64,000 nt of DNA. It comes from an uncultured Lachnospiraceae bacterium (lineage in GTDB: Bacteria > Bacillota > Clostridia > Lachnospirales > Lachnospiraceae). The stretch is from assembly GCA_902801415.1 (NCBI GenBank), contig CADCIK010000002.1:17912-81911 (forward strand), in the 5' to 3' direction. The notes under the pieces were generated by a model. It saw only the letters and a program-made list of their open reading frames with translations. It did not search any database and had not been told where the DNA came from. Position numbers and translations under genes: made by a program. This document shows positions 29,005 through 37,327 of the stretch, piece after piece; within the stretch, counting starts at the first letter, position 1, and each line of letters begins with the position of its first letter.

Positions 29005-30364
29005 TAACGATAGAATCCTGTACCTGGAATGCGGGACAGGCATCAGCGGTGATATGACCGTCGCGGCGCTTCTGGACCTTGGCGCGGACAAGGACAAGCT
29101 CCTGCGCGTGCTGGAGGGAATCCCCGGAAACGGGTTTGATGTCAGGATCAGCAGGGTGAAAAAGGCAGGCATAGACTGCTGTGACTTCGATGTCGTACTG
29201 GACGAAGAGCACGACGGACATGATCACGACATGGAGTATCTGTACGGGCACCTGCATGAGCACGATCATGACCACGATCACGACCACGACCATGACCATC
29301 ATCACGATCATGACCACGATCATGACCATGACCATCATCACGATCATGACCACGATCATGACCATGACCACGATCATCACCATCATCACCACACCGGGAT
29401 GAAGGAGATCCGGGAGATCATCGGGCATCTTACCATGACAGACGGCGCCAGAGCACTCGCGCTGCGCATTTTCGAAATCCTGGCGCAGGCCGAGTCGGAG
29501 GCACACGGCGTGCCGGTGGATGAGGTTCATTTCCATGAAGTGGGGGCGATCGACTCGATCGTGGATATTGTGGCCGCGGCAGTCTGCCTGGATGATCTGG
29601 ATATTACAAAGGTGGCTGTGACAGGGATCACAGAGGGAAGCGGGACAGTCCGCTGCCAGCACGGGATCCTGCAGGTTCCGGTGCCGGCGGTGGAGAGGAT
29701 CGCGAGAGCCCATGCGCTTCCGCTGCAGTTTACAGCGCGCAAAGGGGAACTGGTCACGCCTACAGGCGCTGCGATCGCGGCAGCTGTGATGACGCAGCAG
29801 GAGCTTCCGGAGAAGTTCGTGATCGTTAAGACGGGCCTCGGCGCAGGAAAACGGGAGTATGAGATCCCGAGCATCCTGAGGGCTATGATCCTGGAACCCT
29901 GCGGGCAGAAACAGCAGGATGTCCTGGCTGACCGGATCTGGAAGCTGGAGTGCGATATGGATGACTGCACAGGTGAACAGCTCGGATATGCCCTGGGCCG
30001 GCTGTACGACGAGGGAGCGCGGGAAGCGCATTATGCGCCGGTCTTCATGAAGAAGAACAGGCCCGGATGGGAACTGACCGTGATCTGCGACGAAGCGCAC
30101 CGCGAGCAGCTTGAAAATGTGATCTTTAAAGAGACGACAACCATCGGGATCCGCAGACAGCAGATGGAGCGCAGTGTTTTGGCGAGGAAATCGGTCAGTG
30201 TGAAGACGCAGTACGGAGAGATCCCGGTCAAGATCAGCGGGGAGAATGAACACCGGAGGGTGCATCCGGAGTACGAGATGGTATCGGAGGCGGCGCAAAG
30301 GTACGGCGTTCCGTTCGGTACGGTGTATGATGAAGTGCTTACGAAGGTGATGGCAGCCGAATAA
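28997..30364 (+). CDS. larC: Nickel-pincer cofactor biosynthesis protein LarC with His/Asp-rich insert
   Basis: GISGDM..AALLDLG, VHFHEVGAIDSIVDI, GELVTPTGAAI, MKKNRPG, ETTTIGIR, PEYE; single uninterrupted ORF. Confidence 0.93.
   Translation: MNNNDRILYLECGTGISGDMTVAALLDLGADKDKLLRVLEGIPGNGFDVRISRVKKAGIDCCDFDVVLDEEHDGHDHDMEYLYGHLHEHDHDHDHDHDHDHHHDHDHDHDHDHHHDHDHDHDHDHDHHHHHHTGMKEIREIIGHLTMTDGARALALRIFEILAQAESEAHGVPVDEVHFHEVGAIDSIVDIVAAAVCLDDLDITKVAVTGITEGSGTVRCQHGILQVPVPAVERIARAHALPLQFTARKGELVTPTGAAIAAAVMTQQELPEKFVIVKTGLGAGKREYEIPSILRAMILEPCGQKQQDVLADRIWKLECDMDDCTGEQLGYALGRLYDEGAREAHYAPVFMKKNRPGWELTVICDEAHREQLENVIFKETTTIGIRRQQMERSVLARKSVSVKTQYGEIPVKISGENEHRRVHPEYEMVSEAAQRYGVPFGTVYDEVLTKVMAAE
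29255..29393 (+). repeat. Coding (His-Asp)n / poly-His microsatellite
   Basis: CAY-GAY hexamer repeats encoding HEHDHDHDHD...HHHHHH. Confidence 0.95.
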
Positions 30365-30369
30365 GGCGC

Positions 30370-30930
30370 ATGACAGAAAGGCGAACGATTGTGAAAGTAT
30401 TTGAAACGAAAAGAGATAAACCTGACTTCGCGGAAGTGTATGAACGGGAATATTCCTACGTTTACAATTATATCTACATGCAGGTGATGCACAGAGAGAA
30501 TACGGAGGATCTTGTCAGTGATGTGTTCATGAAGGCCATGGCGCATTACAGCGGATTTGACCCGTCCAAGGCCTCTACGCGTACATGGCTGTGCACGATC
30601 GCGAGAAACTGCCTGATCGATTATTTCCGTAAGAACGGGCGCAGGAAGACCGAGAATATTGATGACGCGCCGGAGCCCTCCGCGGTGGATGAGTACGACA
30701 TCTTAAAGAACCCGGTCAACAAAGAGGTGTACAGGCTTCTGGAGCAGTTGTCTCCGGAAGAGAGAGAGCTCCTGACCATGATCTATGTGCAGGAGATGAA
30801 GAACCCTGAGATCGGAGAAGTCCTGGGGATCAACGCGAAGGCGGTCAGTGAAAGGCACAGGCGCCTTCTTGCGAAGCTTCGGGCAATGGAAAAGGGAAAA
30901 GAGAGCGGCGACTTTCTTGACTTTTCTTAG
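30370..30930 (+). CDS. ECF-type RNA polymerase sigma factor
   Basis: Region 2 EDLVSDVFMKA..TWLCTIARN..IDYFRK; region 4 LSPEERELL..EIGEVLGI; alternative GTG 30391. Confidence 0.9.
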   Translation: MTERRTIVKVFETKRDKPDFAEVYEREYSYVYNYIYMQVMHRENTEDLVSDVFMKAMAHYSGFDPSKASTRTWLCTIARNCLIDYFRKNGRRKTENIDDAPEPSAVDEYDILKNPVNKEVYRLLEQLSPEERELLTMIYVQEMKNPEIGEVLGINAKAVSERHRRLLAKLRAMEKGKESGDFLDFS

Positions 30931-30938
30931 AACCTGCC

Positions 30939-30980
30939 AAAAAAAGAAAACCTGCCGTTCCCTGAGGGAGACGGCAGGAT
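30939..30980 (-). terminator. Terminator between the ECF sigma and RsbW-like genes
   Basis: cctgccgt/acggcagg stem with an A-run on the + strand side. Confidence 0.75.
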
Positions 30981-30983
30981 ATA

Positions 30984-31415
30984 TTATGAAAGGACTTTGT
31001 GAAGCGTAAGGCGATTTTCACCGCCCTCATAGCTGTAGGAGAGCTGGTCGGAATACTTCTGTACGAGAAAGATCCCAAGACCTCCGATCTGGCGCGCCGA
31101 CGCAGGCGATGTGATGTCGGGAGAGGTTCTCTCGAGCGGGTTGTAGGGGATGCCTTTGTCACGGAAAGTGATCGTAAGGGTATCATTATTATCATTCAGA
31201 GCCAGATCGATCGCCGCGGTCCCCGTCCCGTTGGGGTAGGCGTAGTTGGCAATATTGATGAAGATCTCTTCGACAAGCATATCCAGCTCCAGGAGCGTGC
31301 GCATGCTGCATGAACAGGGCTCCAGAAAAGCTCTGACCTGCTTCTGCGCAGCGGCGAAGTTCTCCGGCGCTGCTTCCAGAGTAAACGTATGGCTGTTCAT
31401 CGTCTGATCGAACAT
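30984..31415 (-). CDS. RsbW/SpoIIAB-like anti-sigma factor / Ser kinase (HATPase_c_2)
   Basis: VEEIFINIANYAY, FRDKGIPYNP, RQIGGLGIFLV, N.LTL.K; AAAGGA RBS. Confidence 0.88.
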   Translation of the reverse strand: MFDQTMNSHTFTLEAAPENFAAAQKQVRAFLEPCSCSMRTLLELDMLVEEIFINIANYAYPNGTGTAAIDLALNDNNDTLTITFRDKGIPYNPLERTSPDITSPASARQIGGLGIFLVQKYSDQLSYSYEGGENRLTLHKVLS

Positions 31416-31596
31416 AACGTTGTTCCTTTCGCATTTGATTGACAGATGCTGCTAAATCCACCGGAACGGTGTATTTGTGTTCCAGTACATTATACATTGA
31501 AACAGGATTATTTATCAAATTTAGTTTGATTTCCTCATGGAAGCAGCCGTGATGCAGCGTATATACTTATAAAATAATTGAAAGGGAGGCGAGACG

Positions 31597-31815
31597 ATGG
31601 ACTCCATGAACAGCAAATATGTTAACATGCTCGCGCAGGCTGACTTCAGCGCAGAGACCGGTTTCAAGGACGTATTGCGCAAAAAGCTCTTTGAGAAAAA
31701 GTCCAACGTGTTCCAGTTCCAGCGTCTATCGGATGCGAACCTGGACATGGTATCGGCGGCAGGGGATGCCAGCATGCTCAGGCAGATGGAAAAGAACGAA
31801 ACAGATAAAAAATAA
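31597..31815 (+). CDS. Small protein (72 aa) with a double-glycine-type leader motif near its C-terminus
   Basis: AAGGGAGG RBS; LSDANLDMVSAAG motif. Confidence 0.75.
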   Translation: MDSMNSKYVNMLAQADFSAETGFKDVLRKKLFEKKSNVFQFQRLSDANLDMVSAAGDASMLRQMEKNETDKK

Positions 31816-31841
31816 GTAAATAGCGTAAAGGAGCCTCATTC

Positions 31842-33014
31842 ATGGATTACGGACAGATCTCATTGCAGAAACACACAGAATGGAAGGGAAAGATCGAGGT
31901 CACGGCGAGGGCAGCGGTGGACAGCGCGGAAGCGCTCAGTATCGCGTATACACCCGGCGTGGCCGCTCCTTGTCTGGAGATACAAAAAGACCCCGATAAG
32001 AGCTATACCCTCACGAGAAGATGGAACACGGTAGCGGTCGTGACAGACGGCACTGCAGTTCTGGGACTTGGAGATATCGGCCCTGAGGCTGGTATGCCCG
32101 TTATGGAAGGCAAATGTGTTCTCTTTAAGGCATTCGGCGACGTAGACGCGATCCCTCTGTGTATCAGGTCCCACGATGTGGATGAGATCGTTCGTACAGT
32201 CAGCCTGCTTGCAGGTTCCTTTGGCGGCATCAATCTGGAAGATATAGCGGCGCCCAGATGCTTTGAGATCGAGAGAAAGCTCAAGGAGTGCTGCGATATC
32301 CCGATCTTCCACGACGACCAGCACGGCACGGCGGTGATCACGCTGGCCGGCCTTATGAACGCGCTCAAGGTGGTCGGCAAGAAGATCGAGGACGTAAAGA
32401 TCGTCACGTCCGGAGCCGGCGCGGCAGGCATTGCGATCATTAAACTCCTGATGGCAATGGGACTGAAGAATGTCGTCATGACAGACCGCAAAGGTGCGAT
32501 CTACAAGGGACGTGAAGGACTCAACGAGGTCAAAAAAGAGATGGCGGAGATCACGAACTTTAACCGTGAATCCGGCACACTGGCGGACGTGATCAAAGGC
32601 GCGGACGTCTTTATTGGCGTTTCCGCTCCCGGTACACTGACGCAGGACATGGTCCGCACAATGGCTAAGGATCCTATAATCTTTGCCTGCGCCAACCCTA
32701 CGCCTGAGATCTTCCCCGATGAAGCAAAGGCGGCAGGCGCTGCAGTCGTCTCCACGGGACGAAGTGATTACCCCAACCAGGTCAACAACGTGCTCTGCTT
32801 CCCCGGCATCTTCCGCGGCGCGCTGGATGTGCGGGCGAGCGACATCAACGACGAGATGAAGATCGCATCCGCGAAGGCGCTGGCAGGCCTTGTATCAGAC
32901 GAGGAACTCTGCGCCGACTATATTTTGCCCAAGGCGTTTGATCCCCGCGTCAAGGACGCAGTCGCGAAAGCGGCGGCACAGGCGGCCATCGACAGCGGTG
33001 TGGCGAGAATCTGA
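31842..33014 (+). CDS. NAD(P)-dependent malic enzyme
   Basis: AYTPGVA, VTDGTAVLGLGDIG, PVMEGK, INLEDI, FHDDQHGTA, ANPTPEI, TGRSDYPNQVNN. Confidence 0.95.
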   Translation: MDYGQISLQKHTEWKGKIEVTARAAVDSAEALSIAYTPGVAAPCLEIQKDPDKSYTLTRRWNTVAVVTDGTAVLGLGDIGPEAGMPVMEGKCVLFKAFGDVDAIPLCIRSHDVDEIVRTVSLLAGSFGGINLEDIAAPRCFEIERKLKECCDIPIFHDDQHGTAVITLAGLMNALKVVGKKIEDVKIVTSGAGAAGIAIIKLLMAMGLKNVVMTDRKGAIYKGREGLNEVKKEMAEITNFNRESGTLADVIKGADVFIGVSAPGTLTQDMVRTMAKDPIIFACANPTPEIFPDEAKAAGAAVVSTGRSDYPNQVNNVLCFPGIFRGALDVRASDINDEMKIASAKALAGLVSDEELCADYILPKAFDPRVKDAVAKAAAQAAIDSGVARI

Positions 33015-33032
33015 TCGCAATGTACAAACAGC

Positions 33033-33071
33033 AAAGCCCCGGAAACTGAACTCAGTTTCCGGGGCTCTTTT
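33033..33071. terminator. Bidirectional terminator
   Basis: agccccggaaactg/cagtttccggggct then ctttt. Confidence 0.85.
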
Positions 33072-33124
33072 ACGTGTCAGCTATTATAAGGGATATTGAC
33101 CCGCGGCTTGGACTGTCTGAAAGG

Positions 33125-34414
33125 TCAGACCACTGCGCCGCCGACAGGGCGGATGGAAAGAACATGGCAGCAGCCGGGCGCGATCGCGCTCTCGACATTG
33201 GTCTTGAAGTAGTCGAGCATATCCAGCGGGACAAATGCCTGCACGGTGCCTGCGAAACCGCCGCCGTGTACACGGAATGCTCCGCGGCCGTCCAGGAGAA
33301 CGTCGCACAGGGAGAGGGCTACGCCTACTGCCTGGTTGTCCACAGCGCCTTCTACAGAGATGTTCTGCAGGTACATGTAGGAGGACTCGCCGGACTCCTT
33401 GACGATCTTCAGGAACTTGTTGAAATCACCGGCCTTGAGGGCTGCAGCTTCATTCTGCGCGCGCTCGTTGTCCAGTACGAAGTGCATGGAACGAAGGAAT
33501 GCGCGGTCGCCGCAGACTTCGCGGATCGCTGCGGTGCGCTCAACCAGCTGCTCCTTGGTAATACCGCGGAGATGGGTCTTTCCGAATGTGGCAGCAACGG
33601 CCTTCATTTCTCTCGGAATGCCTGCGTACGCGTCTGTCAGGTCGGCGTGGCTGCTCTTGGAATCGATGATGCAGAGCGCGTAGCCTTCCTTGTCCAGATC
33701 GAGATCGATCTTCTCGACAACCGGATTTTCCGGATCGCCGAAGTCGATGGCAACGACGCCGCCTACGGAAGAAGCGGACTGGTCCATCAGGCCGCTGGGC
33801 TTGCCAAAATACTGATTCTCTGTGATCTGTCCCATCTTGGCGATCTCGACCGCGTCGAAAACGCCTCCGCAGTACATGTCGTTGATGATAACACCGAGAA
33901 GGGTCTCGAACGCTGCGGAAGAAGAAAGTCCGGAGCCGCCCAGCACGTTGCTTGTGCAGTAAACGTCAAAGCCCTTTACGGGATAACCTTTCTTGACAGC
34001 CAGCGCCGCCATGCCGCGGATCAGGGCCAGAGTGGATTCCTTTTCGGACTCTACAGGCTCGAGAATGGAGAGATCTGCCTCGATCATTCCATAACCCTCG
34101 GAATAGAAGTGGATCGTATCTGTTCCGTTGGGAGCTGCTGCTGCAATCGCGTCCAGATTCACGCTTGCGGCGAGGACACAGCCATACTGGTGGTCTGTGT
34201 GGTTTCCGCCGATCTCTGTGCGGCCGGGAGCGGAATAAAGACCGATCTCTGCATCCGCGTTTCCGGGAAATGTTTCCGTAAAGCCGTTGATGACTCTCAC
34301 AAAACGATCGGCATAATCCTGTGCCTTGTCAGCGTGGCAGCCGTAGATCTCTACCATGCGGCCGTTCAGTTCACCGTTCTTAAGTTCATTGATAAATGTA
34401 TTTGCGCTTTTCAT
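33125..34414 (-). CDS. galK: Galactokinase (GHMP kinase)
   Basis: SAPGRTEIGGNHTDH, GSGLSSSAAFE, GKPSGLMDQ, RVHGGGFAG. Confidence 0.88.
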   Translation of the reverse strand: MKSANTFINELKNGELNGRMVEIYGCHADKAQDYADRFVRVINGFTETFPGNADAEIGLYSAPGRTEIGGNHTDHQYGCVLAASVNLDAIAAAAPNGTDTIHFYSEGYGMIEADLSILEPVESEKESTLALIRGMAALAVKKGYPVKGFDVYCTSNVLGGSGLSSSAAFETLLGVIINDMYCGGVFDAVEIAKMGQITENQYFGKPSGLMDQSASSVGGVVAIDFGDPENPVVEKIDLDLDKEGYALCIIDSKSSHADLTDAYAGIPREMKAVAATFGKTHLRGITKEQLVERTAAIREVCGDRAFLRSMHFVLDNERAQNEAAALKAGDFNKFLKIVKESGESSYMYLQNISVEGAVDNQAVGVALSLCDVLLDGRGAFRVHGGGFAGTVQAFVPLDMLDYFKTNVESAIAPGCCHVLSIRPVGGAVV

Positions 34415-34727
34415 ATTGTTGTGCCGGCCTCCTGTAATTGGGCAATGAAATGGTTAAACCATAGGATTTAGTGTCTGTAATTAATAGTATACCTGTTTCT
34501 GTGTCTTCTTAAAACTGCTAAATGTTGTCAAGCAGATATTAGATCGTAGAATTCATATTTTCGCCTGCGTTCCGGCGGCCGGTCGGGGTGTGCATGTTAA
34601 TTGACAAAAGCAACGAAATATAACACAACGCATATGAAAATGTCATGTTTGCTTGGTGGATGCAGACCTGTCCCGCAATTATAATACCCTTAGAAATGTT
34701 ATGAATAATTGCGAAGGTAGGAAACAT

Positions 34728-35825
34728 ATGCGAAAATATTACCTGGATAATGTCAGATGGGTTACAGTGGTGATCGTAGTGATCTATCATGTTCTCTACA
34801 TGTACAATGCGGAAGGCATATTGGGCGGGTTCGGCAGGATCACGGACCTTAGCGTCCAGTATTATGACATCTTTCAATACCTGGTCTACCCGTGGTTCAT
34901 GCCTGTTCTGTTCATTGCGGCAGGCATGAGCTCCCGCTATTATCTGGATGGTCATACAGACAGGGAATTCATAAGGAGCAGGACAAGGAAGCTCCTTGTG
35001 CCGTCGACGATCGGATTGTTTGCGTTTCAGTTCGTGCAGGGTTATGTGAATTTGTCGCTCAGTAATGCGTTTGCAGAGCTTGCTGCAGCCGGTGTTCCGA
35101 AGCCGGTCATCTTTCTGATCATGATCGCTTCGGGAAGCGGCGTTCTGTGGTTTGTTCACCTTCTGTGGTTCTACAGCATGATACTCGTATTTCTCAGGAG
35201 GATCGAAAAGGGCCGCTTGTTGGAACTCGGCGCCCGGACTCCTGCCTGGATGCTCGTATTATTCTGCTTTCCGGTCTGGGGAGCAGGTCAGGTTTTCAAT
35301 ACCCCGATCGTGTCAGTATACAGGGTCGCTTTCTATTGTACCTTCTTTCTCATCGGATATTATGTTTTGTCCCATGACGAAGTGATGGAAAGACTCAAAC
35401 AGCACGCCGGGATTTGGATCGTGACAGGCATTGCGCTGTGCATAGCGTTTTCTGTGCGCTATTTTATTCTGGGCGGCGGAATGAATTATGCGGACGTACC
35501 GGCAAACAGAAGCGCGCTGTATGCCGCGGACGCGTACTTCGGAGCGCTTGCCATGCTGGTTGGTATGGCAAGGTTCGGAGACTTCCGGACAGCGTTTACT
35601 TCGTGGATGAGCAGCAGGAGCTTTGGATTGTACATGTTCCATTATCTCGGGATTTCGTCTGCCGCGCTCCTGATCGCAAGACCGGGGATCCTTCCGGCTC
35701 CTGCGGTCTACATTGTGAGTCTTGCTGCGGGATTCCTGTTCGGATACGGACTGTATGCGGTCATTTCCAGGATCCCTTTCTACAGATGGGCGGTGCTCGG
35801 GATTAAGGAGGAGAAGAATGTTTAA
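34728..35825 (+). CDS. Acyltransferase-3 family membrane protein
   Basis: RKYYLDNVR..VVIYH, FMPVLF, R..KLLVP, LWF, SFGLYMFH; about 10 TM. Confidence 0.85.
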   Translation: MRKYYLDNVRWVTVVIVVIYHVLYMYNAEGILGGFGRITDLSVQYYDIFQYLVYPWFMPVLFIAAGMSSRYYLDGHTDREFIRSRTRKLLVPSTIGLFAFQFVQGYVNLSLSNAFAELAAAGVPKPVIFLIMIASGSGVLWFVHLLWFYSMILVFLRRIEKGRLLELGARTPAWMLVLFCFPVWGAGQVFNTPIVSVYRVAFYCTFFLIGYYVLSHDEVMERLKQHAGIWIVTGIALCIAFSVRYFILGGGMNYADVPANRSALYAADAYFGALAMLVGMARFGDFRTAFTSWMSSRSFGLYMFHYLGISSAALLIARPGILPAPAVYIVSLAAGFLFGYGLYAVISRIPFYRWAVLGIKEEKNV

Positions 35826-36240
35826 GGACAATCTGGTCCAACTTCGAAAGATGAAGAAAATGACACAGGAAGGGATCGCTGAAAAGCTCGGCGTAACAAG
35901 GCAGGCCGTCGCCAAGTGGGAAGCGGGAGAGACTGTGCCCGATCTGGACAAGTGCAGGCTCCTCGCGGAGCTGTTCGGGGTCTCTCTGGATGATCTGGCC
36001 AATTATGAACCGGAAGAGAATCTGGGACTGAGTCTTCCGCCCAAGGGCAAGCACCTGTTCGGGGTCGTGACGGTCGGAGAGAAAGGCCAGATTGTCATTC
36101 CGGCCAAAGCGAGAAAAGTGTTTGATATTTCTGCCGGCGACCGGCTGCTGATCCTCGGAGACGAAGAGCAGGGTCTGGCGATCCTTAAGTCAGAGAGATT
36201 CCTGGAGCTCGCGGAGGCAGCTATGGAACTGATGAAGTGA
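35818..36240 (+). CDS. XRE-type HTH fused to an AbrB/MazE-like DNA-binding domain
   Basis: TQEGIAEKLGVTRQAVAKWE.G..PD, then GVVTVGEKGQIVIPAKARKVF.I..GD. Confidence 0.88.
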   Translation: MFKDNLVQLRKMKKMTQEGIAEKLGVTRQAVAKWEAGETVPDLDKCRLLAELFGVSLDDLANYEPEENLGLSLPPKGKHLFGVVTVGEKGQIVIPAKARKVFDISAGDRLLILGDEEQGLAILKSERFLELAEAAMELMK

Positions 36241-36298
36241 CTCTCTGTTTCTGCAGGCCGGAGGATTGCCGGTGCCTGAAGGCGTGAAACAAATGTCC

Positions 36299-37177
36299 TT
36301 ATCGTTCCCTGGCGCGGTATTCCCTTGGGGACATGCCGTATTTGCGGCGAAAGCGCCGGATGAAGTATGAAAAGTTGTCAAAACCGCACATGGAGGCGAT
36401 GGCGCCGATGGAATCCGGCTGCTCACGCAGGAGATAGGAGGCGTAGCGAAGGCGGTAATCCGCCAGATATTCGCCGAAAGTGACGCCGGTTTCCTTCCGG
36501 AAGACCCTCATGAAATGCGCGTCGCTGTAGTCGATGAGGCTGGCTGCATCGCGCACGGTGATCGGCTCGGAAAAATGGGTCTGCACAAAGAGAAGGACCT
36601 GCTTGATCACGTCTTCATATTGGGAGTGCCGTCCTGTTTCTTCCTGGCTGCGGTTTGTGTAGATCGCGTAGAAGAAGCGGAACAGGCTGCTGCGGACCAG
36701 AAGGGAATAGCCGTCGCTTCTTTCACTGCAGGCCTTGTCGGCAGCGTCCAGCGCGTCGGAGACTTCATCATGAAAGGGCGTGCCTTTGTGAATGGGCCTT
36801 TGAAAGCGGAGATTACCCTTCCGCAGAGGGCCCAGGATATTGCGCCTGGCCCAGTCGTTCTCCACTTGATTGTCCATGAGGGAGAGCGAGAAGATGATGT
36901 TCTCGTATTCCATCCTGACGCCTGGATCGCCGTCAATGGCGTGAAGTTCGCCCGGAAGGATGGGCATGATCGTGCCTGCCTCCACCGGATATTTGTGTGA
37001 GCCGACGGTTACGGAGCCGCTGCCTTTCTTGACGTATATGATCTCCATCTGCTCATGCCAGTGAAGATCGACGCGGGTGAAATCCTGCGGGATCGTACAC
37101 AGATAGGTGTTGTAGGCAAAGCCGGGCTGTTCGTGCAGAAGAGTTTCTTTATACTGGGAGTATTCTTCGAGATTCAT
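36299..37177 (-). CDS. AraC-family transcriptional regulator with cupin sensor
   Basis: LHWHEQMEI, PGELHAI and C-terminal IASMCGFDNFSYFIRRFRRKYGMSPREYR. Confidence 0.93.
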   Translation of the reverse strand: MNLEEYSQYKETLLHEQPGFAYNTYLCTIPQDFTRVDLHWHEQMEIIYVKKGSGSVTVGSHKYPVEAGTIMPILPGELHAIDGDPGVRMEYENIIFSLSLMDNQVENDWARRNILGPLRKGNLRFQRPIHKGTPFHDEVSDALDAADKACSERSDGYSLLVRSSLFRFFYAIYTNRSQEETGRHSQYEDVIKQVLLFVQTHFSEPITVRDAASLIDYSDAHFMRVFRKETGVTFGEYLADYRLRYASYLLREQPDSIGAIASMCGFDNFSYFIRRFRRKYGMSPREYRARER

Positions 37178-37327
37178 AGAGTAAAACCTTTCCGGAATTA
37201 GTTAACAGCATGATTGTACTATTTTCTGCAACAATATTGCAAGAAAACAAGCCTGTTTAGTCATTATAATGCTTTCTTATATAATGGAATTATCATAATC
37301 AGTCGGGGAAACCCATAGGAGGATTAT

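Noticed and set aside
31597-31815. Small protein as a classical bacteriocin/RiPP precursor
   Set aside because: The post-leader tail is short and charged, with no Cys and only one Ser and one Thr; no modification, transport or immunity genes in the window. Kept as a regulatory hypothesis instead
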